From contig JAFGDV010000031.1 in the NCBI GenBank assembly GCA_016931955.1, forward strand, positions 1 to 48,812: a stretch of DNA of 48,812 nucleotides, read 5' to 3'. The notes under the pieces were generated by a model, which saw only the letters and a program-made list of their open reading frames with translations, had not been told where the DNA came from and made no database searches. The position numbers were made by a program, and so were the translations under genes. Shown piece by piece: positions 1 through 8,769 of this stretch. Origin of the DNA: Candidatus Altiarchaeota archaeon. Lineage in GTDB: Archaea > Altiarchaeota > Altiarchaeia > IMC4 > QMZM01. The number at the start of each line of letters is the position of its first letter. Position 1 is the stretch's first letter.

Positions 1-2
1 CG

Positions 3-1613
3 GAATACTGGAACGCCGTGACAATAAAAGCCCTGAGCAAACGCACTACACCGCAAAAAATACACACAGTAATAACAAACTACTGGACAACACCCGCCGC
101 CGTCGTCCAGCCGGAAGAGAAGGCGGCGATGCCTGAGTGGGGGAAGGTCTGCCCATTCAGGGTGACTCCAATAGGGGATAAAGAGATTCCTGTAGAAGAC
201 CTCATCGCAGTCGACTTCGGACCAGAATACATGAACCTCTTTTTCATAGAAAAAAACGCCCTCGAATACATAAAGAATTCAGAGAAAGCTTATAGAATTA
301 ATACAAGCTGCGACGCACCGCCCTACATAACTTCAGTAGAACCCTCAAACCCAGACACACAACCTACTAAAACAGATTTCGCAGTCATAATCGATGAATC
401 AAGAATCTACGCAGTAAACCGGCAACAGATAGATGGAACAAAAGAGGAAAGCAAACATCCAATAATCTACGTAAGCAGGCAGCAGATGGATGGAACAAAG
501 AATGGAGGTGTCTGCGGCCCGATAATAGTCTACTTAGACGAAGAAACACAAATGCTTTCTGTCAACGGCGGCTGGGGCCGCAGCGAAAGCGGATACATAA
601 ACCCTGACAAAGGAGCCCTGCTGTTGAAGACCGCAGCATTCAGAACAGACGAATTCGCAGAAAGAGCCAGCAGATTACTGCAAGACCACTACCTCTACTA
701 TCCTAACGTATTCAATCCAAGCGTAGAGAAAGCGATAAAATCAATCCCCGAAAACGAGGACAAAGAATCGAAAATAAAAAGGATAATAGAAATCAAAGAA
801 AACCTCTTAAATAGATGGCTGACAACCGAAGAAACCAAAGCCGCCATGCCTTCTGAAGTTGGCGGTGTTGAGAGAGCCTCTTTGCTGCAGGAGATGGGTA
901 AGCCAGAAGTAATGGATGATATTATGGGAATTAAAGGACTGCCTAACACACCAGAAGAGGTCGTAGGCATACTGGAAGAACTATTTCGGGGTGAGGAAAC
1001 CACTACAACGTCCTCAAATCTTTCAAAGATTAACTCAGACATGGAACTGCTGATGGTCCTAAAAAAACACGGCATAATAGACGTAATCGAGATAGTATAC
1101 ACCTCAGATGGAGAAAAAATAGAGCTGAAGAAACTAGAAGCCCTAATAGATGAAGGAAGCAGGATAAACCCAAAGGTCGCAGTCACAGTCAAATTCAACA
1201 ACAAACTCAAAAAAACAGCCGCCATGCCCATAGAGAAGCCTGTTGATGTGGGTTTGCCGTTGGATGGTGGGGTGGATCAGGTTTCGGGGTTCACATATGC
1301 TGATGCTTACAGGTGGTTTATGAAGTCCTACAATTACAATAACATAAATCAGGTCCAGATACTAGAAGCACTAAACAAACTCGCGGCGTTAGGTCTTCTG
1401 ACCAAAGAAGACAATGGAGGGCATCAGAAGATCTACAAGCTACCAGAAGACTACATGGAACAGCTGAAGAAAGCAACAAACTACCTGATGGAGCCACTAG
1501 AAAAAGAAGTGCTCACCATCATAATCCAACAATCCAAGAAGATCATGCCGCCCGGTTTCCTGGACGGAAATGAATGGGCTGTTATGAGGGGGGTGAACGG
1601 CTGGAGAATGTGA
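3..1613 (+). CDS. Hypothetical modular protein, probably the C-terminal part of a larger ORF (frame open at the window edge)
   Basis: Frame is open from nt 3 (GAA TAC TGG AAC GCC GTG...) to TGA at 1611-1613; three (K/T)AAMP motifs; no family recognised. Confidence 0.75.
   Translation, partial: EYWNAVTIKALSKRTTPQKIHTVITNYWTTPAAVVQPEEKAAMPEWGKVCPFRVTPIGDKEIPVEDLIAVDFGPEYMNLFFIEKNALEYIKNSEKAYRINTSCDAPPYITSVEPSNPDTQPTKTDFAVIIDESRIYAVNRQQIDGTKEESKHPIIYVSRQQMDGTKNGGVCGPIIVYLDEETQMLSVNGGWGRSESGYINPDKGALLLKTAAFRTDEFAERASRLLQDHYLYYPNVFNPSVEKAIKSIPENEDKESKIKRIIEIKENLLNRWLTTEETKAAMPSEVGGVERASLLQEMGKPEVMDDIMGIKGLPNTPEEVVGILEELFRGEETTTTSSNLSKINSDMELLMVLKKHGIIDVIEIVYTSDGEKIELKKLEALIDEGSRINPKVAVTVKFNNKLKKTAAMPIEKPVDVGLPLDGGVDQVSGFTYADAYRWFMKSYNYNNINQVQILEALNKLAALGLLTKEDNGGHQKIYKLPEDYMEQLKKATNYLMEPLEKEVLTIIIQQSKKIMPPGFLDGNEWAVMRGVNGWRM
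405..500 (+). repeat. Imperfect intragenic tandem duplication (IYAVNRQQIDGTK / IYVSRQQMDGTK)
   Basis: atctacgcagtaaaccggcaacagatagatggaacaaaa (405-443) vs atctacgtaagcaggcagcagatggatggaacaaag (465-500). Confidence 0.8.
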
Positions 1614-1634
1614 AATATATTCACTTTAGGGGGT

Positions 1635-1710
1635 ATTTAATTAATAAAAGTATAATATTTAATCCAGGGATACGATATTATGTTCAATTACGTGAGATTT
1701 AATTAATAAA
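1635..1710. promoter_or_regulatory. AT-rich promoter region with a 14-bp direct repeat ATTTAATTAATAAA
   Basis: Identical 14-mers at 1635-1648 and 1697-1710 (palindromic core TTAATTAA) upstream of the SPFH gene. Confidence 0.4.
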
Positions 1711-1771
1711 TGCACAATAATAACATACAACAAAAGAATACTTAATAAAACAAAAGACGTAATGATTAACG

Positions 1772-2980
1772 ATGGCACTAATACCAGTAGAGGAAACCGG
1801 GGTGGAAAAAAGCATACTAGAAGAAGCAGAAAGACCGATCGGATTCAGATGGGTCGACCTAGGATACATAATAATATTTGGCATACTGATCATACTATTC
1901 ATATCCCCACCGCAAGACTACAAAACAATAACCATAGAAAACTACGAGATAAGCACCCGACTACTGATACTGCTGGCGATGGTCATATTGTACATACAAA
2001 GAGCCGTCGTAAAACTGGACGAATACCAGAGAGCCGTAGTCAGAAGACTAGGAAAATACAAGGGAGTGTATGGACCCGGCTGGGCCCTCGTGTTCCCGCT
2101 ACTGGAAAATGCAGACACAGTAGATTTAAGGCTGCGTGTATACGCGATAGAACCCCAAGAAGTCGTGACCAGAGACAAAGTAAGGTTTCTGGTATCACCA
2201 GAAGTGTTCATGTACGTCTCAAACCCAAAAGATGCTATACTGAACGTGCAAAACTTCAGGAGAGCCGTCCTAAAATACGTCAATTCCGCGTTAACGCACA
2301 CCTGCGGGAACTCGCCGTCAGACTACATAGTATCGCACATGGACGAGATAACCCACAAACTGGAGGAATCAATACACCACATATCCACTCTACCAGGGAA
2401 AGAATGGGGTATCACGGTGCCCAAGATCGAAATAACTTTCATCAGGTTCCCGGAAAAGGTACAGGACGCAATGCACGAGAAGGTGGCTGCAGAACAGCTG
2501 AAGCTGGCGGCCCACGAAAAAGCGGAAGCCACGAAGATAGAGATAAACGCGATAAGGGAAGCTGGTTCCAAGCTGACAGACCCCGCGATAACATACATGT
2601 ACCTGGAAGCGCTGGATAAGGTAGCCAGGGGAAGGGCGACAAAAATCGTATTACCGTTGGAGGTGTCGAAGATCGCTGAAACCATAACCAGGAGGACCGG
2701 AAAACAGATCGGGGAAATACCTGCAATAAACATACCCCCGGAATTGATCGAAAAATACACTGAATCAATAGACAACTACGAGAAGAGGATAAAAAGCATA
2801 GAAAACCGGCTCAACGTAGGAGGCGACAGAAAACAGTTAACAGAGAAGATAGAAGACTACGAGAAAGAGATAGAACAAAAACCAGAGAAGGAGTTAAGCG
2901 AGTCGGAGAAAGAAAAATACCGGCAAAGAATAAAGGAAATAAAAAATAGGCTGGGGGTTAAAAACAAACAGGGGGATTAA
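1772..2980 (+). CDS. SPFH/band 7 (stomatin/prohibitin-like) membrane protein with C-terminal coiled coil
   Basis: Two N-terminal hydrophobic segments, then YQRAVVRRLGKY..GPG, VDLRLR, PQEVVTRD, WGITV, VQDAM..AAE, YLEAL, TKIVLP. Confidence 0.92.
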   Translation: MALIPVEETGVEKSILEEAERPIGFRWVDLGYIIIFGILIILFISPPQDYKTITIENYEISTRLLILLAMVILYIQRAVVKLDEYQRAVVRRLGKYKGVYGPGWALVFPLLENADTVDLRLRVYAIEPQEVVTRDKVRFLVSPEVFMYVSNPKDAILNVQNFRRAVLKYVNSALTHTCGNSPSDYIVSHMDEITHKLEESIHHISTLPGKEWGITVPKIEITFIRFPEKVQDAMHEKVAAEQLKLAAHEKAEATKIEINAIREAGSKLTDPAITYMYLEALDKVARGRATKIVLPLEVSKIAETITRRTGKQIGEIPAINIPPELIEKYTESIDNYEKRIKSIENRLNVGGDRKQLTEKIEDYEKEIEQKPEKELSESEKEKYRQRIKEIKNRLGVKNKQGD

Positions 2981-2981
2981 G

Positions 2982-3269
2982 ATGGCAGACGAAGACATAG
3001 ACACCCACAACATCTACGTGGACAAGAACGGTAGATTTGTTTGCATCCGCGTAAACCCGAAGCTCTACAGGAAAGACGTCATAATGAGAGCCGCCGACGA
3101 CCTACTGCACAGAGAAAAACCTGAGCTAGACGCGATCATCGACGGCGACCCGGAGACTGAGATATTGGCCAAGTTCATACCAAGGGGTGGGAAAACAAGC
3201 GAAGAAGAACTGCTTAAGATAGCTCACAGATTCAACAGCCTGCTCGTGGCCAGCTGCGGAAAGGGCTGA
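2982..3269 (+). CDS. HxsD-like small protein (resembles His-Xaa-Ser system protein HxsD)
   Basis: VNPKLY..DVIMRAA..IDGDPETEI..F.P..EL..IAHRFNSLL pattern; 1 nt after the SPFH stop. Confidence 0.6.
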   Translation: MADEDIDTHNIYVDKNGRFVCIRVNPKLYRKDVIMRAADDLLHREKPELDAIIDGDPETEILAKFIPRGGKTSEEELLKIAHRFNSLLVASCGKG

Positions 3270-3289
3270 ATTCTATCGACGCATAGAGG

Positions 3290-5062
3290 ATGGACGGATT
3301 CCCCAGTTTTTTTAAGAAAGACGAAGAATGGAGCAAGCTTGGGATAGAGTCTCAGGAACTAGAGAGAATAGTGTCAGAGCTTCTCAAAGAATTCAACGTC
3401 CAATTAAAGGAACTGGAGACCTCGATTGAAACAGATGACATAACAGCAGTCTGCGTCAACGCCTTAGGGGAGGAGACTAAATCACTTGTCAGGGTGAGGT
3501 CATACCGGATCGGTCTAACAGACGAGGACGTCGAAGACCTCTATGAGGATATGCTGGAGACTAAAGCAACCTCTGCGTTATTCATAACGGACTCTCACTT
3601 CACCAAAGAAGCTAAAAAGTTCGCCAAACACGTGCCCATAAGGCTGATGGACGGCGTAGAGCTAGGTAAGGTATTATCTGCGCAGGCACCAGCGAAGGCG
3701 GAATTCTCATTCCTAACAGCGTTTTCAGAAGATGAAGTCGTCAGATACTTCAAGAAATACAGGCTTAAGAAGTTCCTTAGGATAATAGGCACGCACGAAG
3801 GGATAGAGGAAATAGACAAGAGATACATGCCAGTCGGCCACTTCGCAGTCAAGAAGGTGACTAGGGACGTTGAAAAAACAAAGAACATATACGTTGACCT
3901 TTCCAGCGGGAACATCTTCAACATAAGAGGGAACCGGGTAGAGGAGAACAACTTCTTCAAGAAGATACTGGATCTGCCAGAGGAGTCACAGGAACACCTC
4001 CTCGACCTGATAAAGTATGGGAAGCTGAGGCGTAAATACATCGAAGGCAAACCAGTCAACATACTGGAGAAAGAGAATCTGGTTAACGTCGAAGAAAGAG
4101 GCAGGGTCCCAAGTACATTGGATATTATAATGGACGAGATAACGAGCACGGTAAAAATCACCACAAGCGAGGTATCGACGTTAAAACACAAAACACCGGA
4201 AGAAGAGAAAATAAATGTAGAGACGCATGGATACGTAAAGGAGATACTGAATAAGCCAGTAATAGACACATCATATGATCTGAAGCGTTTCATAGAATCT
4301 AGCATAGAAACAAACACTGAATTCGACCCAGACCCAGTGCACTACAACCCAGAGAAGGTGGCCTACGTCTTAGACAACATATACCCTGGAGAAGACATAT
4401 CCTTCGTGGAGATGGCCTATCTACCGTATTACAGATGCAAGTACGTGAGCGAATACGGCGCAGTCAGATTCAAGAAACTATTCACGCCCAGATTTAAGAG
4501 ATTCGTCCCCACATATTCTCCATCCACCTGGATCTATCAGTTCATAGACACCTTCCCGGCAATACCCTACCTGCTCATCGCATTGGCTTATCTCTTGCTG
4601 AACTTGGACAAATGGGATGAAGTGATCCATATACTAGCCGTAGCATTCATATTCATCACAGTTGCTGTGCTAGTGGGGGTCCTGTTGAAGGTCATCTTCA
4701 GGACAGAGAGGAGGATGCCCAGATACGGGAACACCATCATAAGATACGGTTTCCCGTCAATACACGCCCTCACATCCTCTGGAGCAGTGGCTTTCGCCTA
4801 CTTCGTAGACCCGCTTCTGGCGCTGCTTTTGGTACCAATAAGCCTGTTATATATCTACTCCAGACTGAAACTAGGGGTCCACAGCGAAACAGACATCATA
4901 GGGGGATTGATTGTTGGGGTCAGCCTTGGAATACTGTTCGGATTGTATGTGATAGACAAGATCCAACTACCAGACGACTTAAAGATAGTGGAAACAATAC
5001 TGGCGGCCTTATTCTTCATCGTGCCACTGATAGTGACTGTATTCGAGACACAGTACAGGTAA
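3290..5062 (+). CDS. Fusion: degenerate Mrr-like restriction endonuclease domain + central domains + PAP2-family membrane phosphatase
   Basis: N-term ALFITDSHFTKEAKKFA..IRLMDGVEL (Mrr_cat-like); C-term KVIFRTERR, FPSIH, SRLKLGVHSETD (PAP2 motifs C1-C3) within TM helices. Confidence 0.8.
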   Translation: MDGFPSFFKKDEEWSKLGIESQELERIVSELLKEFNVQLKELETSIETDDITAVCVNALGEETKSLVRVRSYRIGLTDEDVEDLYEDMLETKATSALFITDSHFTKEAKKFAKHVPIRLMDGVELGKVLSAQAPAKAEFSFLTAFSEDEVVRYFKKYRLKKFLRIIGTHEGIEEIDKRYMPVGHFAVKKVTRDVEKTKNIYVDLSSGNIFNIRGNRVEENNFFKKILDLPEESQEHLLDLIKYGKLRRKYIEGKPVNILEKENLVNVEERGRVPSTLDIIMDEITSTVKITTSEVSTLKHKTPEEEKINVETHGYVKEILNKPVIDTSYDLKRFIESSIETNTEFDPDPVHYNPEKVAYVLDNIYPGEDISFVEMAYLPYYRCKYVSEYGAVRFKKLFTPRFKRFVPTYSPSTWIYQFIDTFPAIPYLLIALAYLLLNLDKWDEVIHILAVAFIFITVAVLVGVLLKVIFRTERRMPRYGNTIIRYGFPSIHALTSSGAVAFAYFVDPLLALLLVPISLLYIYSRLKLGVHSETDIIGGLIVGVSLGILFGLYVIDKIQLPDDLKIVETILAALFFIVPLIVTVFETQYR

Positions 5063-6148
5063 CTACAGCTTCCTTGGGATTAAGCCAGAAACCAGTGAGT
5101 GATCAGCTAACACAATAGAGAGCATTGCTTCCACTACTGGGACAGCTCGGGGAACAATGCAGGGGTCATGTCTGCCCCCCACCTCTAATACAGTTTCTTT
5201 CATCTTTTCTAGGTCGACTGAAGCCTGCTTTTTACCGATAGAAGAAGTGGGTTTGACCGCGGCTCTGACGACAAGCTGCATACCATTGGATATCCCTCCA
5301 AGAAAGCCACCGCATCTGTTCGTCTCAGTCTGAACCCTGCCGTCCCTCAGAATGAAGGCATCATTCGCCTCAGAGCCCCTCATCCTGGAAAAACCGAAGC
5401 CTGCCCCGAATTCGACGCCCTTCACAGAGGGGATAGACAGCAAGGCCTTCGCAATATCTGCATCCAGTTTATCGAAGACAGGCTCGCCTAAACCAGGAGG
5501 TACGCCGAATGCAACAGCCTCTATTATGCCGCCAACTGAGTCTTTCTCCTGCTTAGCTGCGAGAATTGCTTCCAGCATGTCCTCGCCCCTGGCGGGGGCC
5601 TTGACGGGGCTTGAATCGATCAACTTCCTTAATTTCCCAGGATTGTCTGCTTTGAAGCCTTCTGCCTTGATTCCAGCGATCTCCTTAGAGTAGGCTACTA
5701 CTTCGATCCCGTATTTACTTAAAAGCTTCTTAGCGACTGCGCCGGCTGCGACCCTGGAGGCGGTCTCTCTGCCGCTGGCTCTCCCGCCTCCTCGGAGGTC
5801 GACCCAGCCGAACTTCATCCTCCACGTGTAGTCCGCATGCCCCGGCCTTGGAGTATTCTTCAAGGCCTCATATTTGCTCGAATCCACATCCACGTTTCTG
5901 ATAAGCAGGGATATTGGTGTGCCAGTCGTCCTGCCCTCGAAGACCCCTGAGAGGACTTCCACCCTATCTTCTTCCCTTCTCTCCGAGGCTGTGGGGCTCT
6001 GACCTGGCCTCCTCTTGTCGAGTTCAACCTGTATGTCTTCCCTGGACAACGCTAAGCCCGAGGGGCAGCCGTCTACTACGCAGCCTATTCCGTAGCCGTG
6101 TGATTCCCCAAAGGATGTGACCCTGAAGAATCTACCATATGAGTTCAT
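5063..6148 (-). CDS. aroC: Chorismate synthase
   Basis: GESHG, RPGHAD, GGGRASGRET, GRHDPC motifs. Confidence 0.98.
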   Translation of the reverse strand: MNSYGRFFRVTSFGESHGYGIGCVVDGCPSGLALSREDIQVELDKRRPGQSPTASERREEDRVEVLSGVFEGRTTGTPISLLIRNVDVDSSKYEALKNTPRPGHADYTWRMKFGWVDLRGGGRASGRETASRVAAGAVAKKLLSKYGIEVVAYSKEIAGIKAEGFKADNPGKLRKLIDSSPVKAPARGEDMLEAILAAKQEKDSVGGIIEAVAFGVPPGLGEPVFDKLDADIAKALLSIPSVKGVEFGAGFGFSRMRGSEANDAFILRDGRVQTETNRCGGFLGGISNGMQLVVRAAVKPTSSIGKKQASVDLEKMKETVLEVGGRHDPCIVPRAVPVVEAMLSIVLADHSLVSGLIPRKL

Positions 6149-6184
6149 TTCCTGTTAAATATTCGATTCAAATATATTAACGAC

Positions 6185-7051
6185 ATGATTTCAGAGGATG
6201 CTATAGTGAAAGCAGTGGTCGAACTCATTAGGAAGGCCGAGACCTCGCTTCCAGAAGACGTCGAAAGGGCATTAAAGAAGGCATATGAGAGAGAAGAGAA
6301 TGAATTGGCTAGGATACAGTTGAGGGAGATCCTCAAGAACATAGAATATGCGAGAAAGCACGCTATTACAATATGCCAGGACACCGGCTTGCTGAACTTC
6401 TACGTCAAGATTGGGAATAGGTCCGACATCAGCCAAGAGGCCGTCAGAGACGCTATAATAAAGGCCACAAAGGTCGCGACTGAAGTAATCCCGTTGAGGC
6501 CGAACGTCGTCCACCCTTTAACGAGAGAGAACTCAGGAAATAATACTGGATCAGGAATACCGGAGATAGAATTCGAGGCTATAGGAGGAAACTGCTTGGA
6601 GGTCTCTGTTCTCGTGAAGGGCGCCGGCTCCGAGAACATGTCTAAGTTGAGGATGCTGAATCCCTCGGACGGATTAAGAGGGATAAAGAGGTTCGTCTTG
6701 GAGTCTGTGGCCGAGGCCGGCGGCAATCCCTGTCCTCCAGGGGTTGTCGGCGTAGGTATTGGAGGCTCCTCTAATCTAGCAACTAAGATGGCTAAGAAGG
6801 CTTTACTGCGGAAGGTTGGGGAACGAAATAAAGATATAGTGATTGCTGAACTGGAGACTGAATTGGAGGAGAAGATCAACCGGCTCGGGATTGGAGCCAT
6901 GGGCTTAGGCGGCACGGTAAGCTGTTTAGGAGTTAACATAGAATCCGCCTACTGTCACACTGGAAGCCTCCCAGTGGCAGTGAATCTCGGATGCTGGGCG
7001 ACGAGAAGAGCAATGGTCAATATCACAGAATCAGGGTTTAAACTATCTTAA
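6185..7051 (+). CDS. Class I Fe-S fumarate/tartrate hydratase, alpha subunit
   Basis: ICQDTG, KGAGSEN, GNPCPP, CHTGSLPVAVNLGCWATRR. Confidence 0.93.
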   Translation: MISEDAIVKAVVELIRKAETSLPEDVERALKKAYEREENELARIQLREILKNIEYARKHAITICQDTGLLNFYVKIGNRSDISQEAVRDAIIKATKVATEVIPLRPNVVHPLTRENSGNNTGSGIPEIEFEAIGGNCLEVSVLVKGAGSENMSKLRMLNPSDGLRGIKRFVLESVAEAGGNPCPPGVVGVGIGGSSNLATKMAKKALLRKVGERNKDIVIAELETELEEKINRLGIGAMGLGGTVSCLGVNIESAYCHTGSLPVAVNLGCWATRRAMVNITESGFKLS

Positions 7052-7413
7052 CCTCTTCGGTCGACGTTCTTTGTAGCCATAATGTCTGCTCCAGTTTTCA
7101 GTATGTTTTTCAATACAACGTCTCCTATCTTTATGGGCGCGTCGACTTCTATGTCTGCGATAGCATCCATTACATCAAAGATTCTGTCTTTTGGGATCGG
7201 CTTCGAGGTCTTGACGCTGACCAAAGGCAGGACGCCGTTCCTGACCGATATGAGGGAGGTCAAGCCTCGCTCAGGCGAAAAAAGCTCCCCGCGGACGTAT
7301 TCCATGCCTTGATCGCAGAGGTTTCCATAAATCTCTACAATCTTATCTCCTTCATATTCGACTTCTATCTCGCAGCCGTTAGGGCAGATAATGCATACGA
7401 ATTTCTTCTTCAT
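7048..7413 (-). CDS. DUF1667 CxxC metal-binding subunit of the GlpA-like operon
   Basis: CIICPNGC..GNLC..G, SVKTSKPIPK, APIKIGDV, ATKN. Confidence 0.88.
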   Translation of the reverse strand: MKKKFVCIICPNGCEIEVEYEGDKIVEIYGNLCDQGMEYVRGELFSPERGLTSLISVRNGVLPLVSVKTSKPIPKDRIFDVMDAIADIEVDAPIKIGDVVLKNILKTGADIMATKNVDRRG

Positions 7414-7417
7414 TCTT

Positions 7418-7540
7418 CTACTCTGATAATGCGTTCAGAGGGGTCAGTAGACCCCTCAATACCCGTTGTGGGTGTATGAGGCCTATAGCCTCATTTTCGC
7501 AGCCATTCGGGCAAATAATGCAGATGAATTTCTTCTTCAT
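7418..7540 (-). pseudogene. 40-codon false-start ORF: duplicate of the first 15 codons of the DUF1667 gene followed by three hairpins
   Basis: MKKKFICIICPNGCENEAIGLIHPQRVLRGLLTPLNALSE*; 39/45 nt identical to 7369-7413; ATGA overlap with the upstream gene stop. Confidence 0.75.
7438..7494. repeat. Cluster of three short hairpins
   Basis: GAGGGGTC-agta-GACCCCTC (7438-7457), ACCC-gttgt-GGGT (7461-7473), ATGAGGC-ctata-GCCTCAT (7476-7494). Confidence 0.85.
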
Positions 7541-8769
7541 TCTACTTCGACCCTCAATTCTTTAATGCCCCCCAAGTCCTTGCTCTTCAGGGATAAACGG
7601 ATCATCTCAGACGGCACAGCCCTCGTCTTCAGGATTTTTTTCACGACCTTGCCGCCGTCTTTCACTATGATCTTCTTGTCTCTGCCTGGACAGAATACGC
7701 GAAGAGACAAGGTAACATCTTTTTCTCCGCTGATCCTTTGAGGGAGAACATAGCGGACGCCGTCTCCGGGAATCACGCTGATTTTGCTTTCAGGAAAGCT
7801 TACGCCTTTAGCGTATTCTGCAGCAGATTTTCCGGCGAGCTCGCTCTCCAACGTAACCCAGTCCACTACGTCGTGAACGTGTAAAACGTTGCCGGAGGCG
7901 AATATTCCGGGAACAGAGGTCTGCAGGTATTCGTCCACTACTGCGCCAGCCGTCACAGGATGCAGTTCTATACCGGCTTGCCGAGAAAGCTCGTTCTCCG
8001 GTATCAAGCCAACTGAGAGCAGAAGAGTGTCGCATTCCATCCTTTTCTCGGTTCCAGGTATGGGATTCCATTGTTCGTCGACTTGAGCTATTGTAATAGA
8101 TTCAACCCTCCGCTCTCCCTTGATGTCGACGACGGTATGGCTTAAGTACAGAGGGATATTATAGTCTTCAAGGCATTGAACTATGTTCCTTGAAAGACCG
8201 CTGCTGTAAGGCAGGATTTCTATGACAGCTAGAACACTGGCGCCCTCCAGGGTCAGCCTCCTCGCCATGATCAAGCCAATGTCTCCTGAACCAAGGATTA
8301 CAACCTTTCTTCCGACCATATAGTTCCTCAGATTTATCAGGTTTTGAGCGCATCCTGCAGTGTAGATTCCAGCTGGTCTGTCGCCTGGGACACAGATGTT
8401 CCCTCTAGTGCGTTCGCGACAGCCCATTGCTAGTACGACAGACTTAGCCTTCACCCTCAAAAAGCCCTGAGGACTGCAGACGATAAGCCTTTTATCGTTC
8501 ACTGAGAGGACCATGCTGTTGAGCATGTATGGGATCTTGAGGTTTTCCACTTCATCGATGAAGCGTTGCATGTATTCTGGGCCGGTAAGAGCCTCCTTGA
8601 ATAATTCTATGCCAAAGCCTTCGTGGATGCATTGATTCAATATTCCCCCAAGGCTTTCGTTTCTCTCTATGAGGAGAACATCTACGCCATTCTTTTTCGC
8701 AGACAAGGCCGCTGAAAGCCCGGCTGGTCCACCCCCGATCACCGCTACGTCAACACTTCTCTCATTCAT
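7537..8769 (-). CDS. FAD/NAD(P)-dependent pyridine nucleotide-disulfide oxidoreductase
   Basis: VIGGGPAG, GGILNQCIH.GFG, GCRER, GSGDIGLIMARRL, GNVLHVHD. Confidence 0.92.
   Translation of the reverse strand: MNERSVDVAVIGGGPAGLSAALSAKKNGVDVLLIERNESLGGILNQCIHEGFGIELFKEALTGPEYMQRFIDEVENLKIPYMLNSMVLSVNDKRLIVCSPQGFLRVKAKSVVLAMGCRERTRGNICVPGDRPAGIYTAGCAQNLINLRNYMVGRKVVILGSGDIGLIMARRLTLEGASVLAVIEILPYSSGLSRNIVQCLEDYNIPLYLSHTVVDIKGERRVESITIAQVDEQWNPIPGTEKRMECDTLLLSVGLIPENELSRQAGIELHPVTAGAVVDEYLQTSVPGIFASGNVLHVHDVVDWVTLESELAGKSAAEYAKGVSFPESKISVIPGDGVRYVLPQRISGEKDVTLSLRVFCPGRDKKIIVKDGGKVVKKILKTRAVPSEMIRLSLKSKDLGGIKELRVEVE

Noticed and set aside
1762-2619. 285-aa alternative-frame ORF over the SPFH gene
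   Set aside because: Shadow ORF: the T-poor strand yields few stops, and the SPFH frame has clear family motifs
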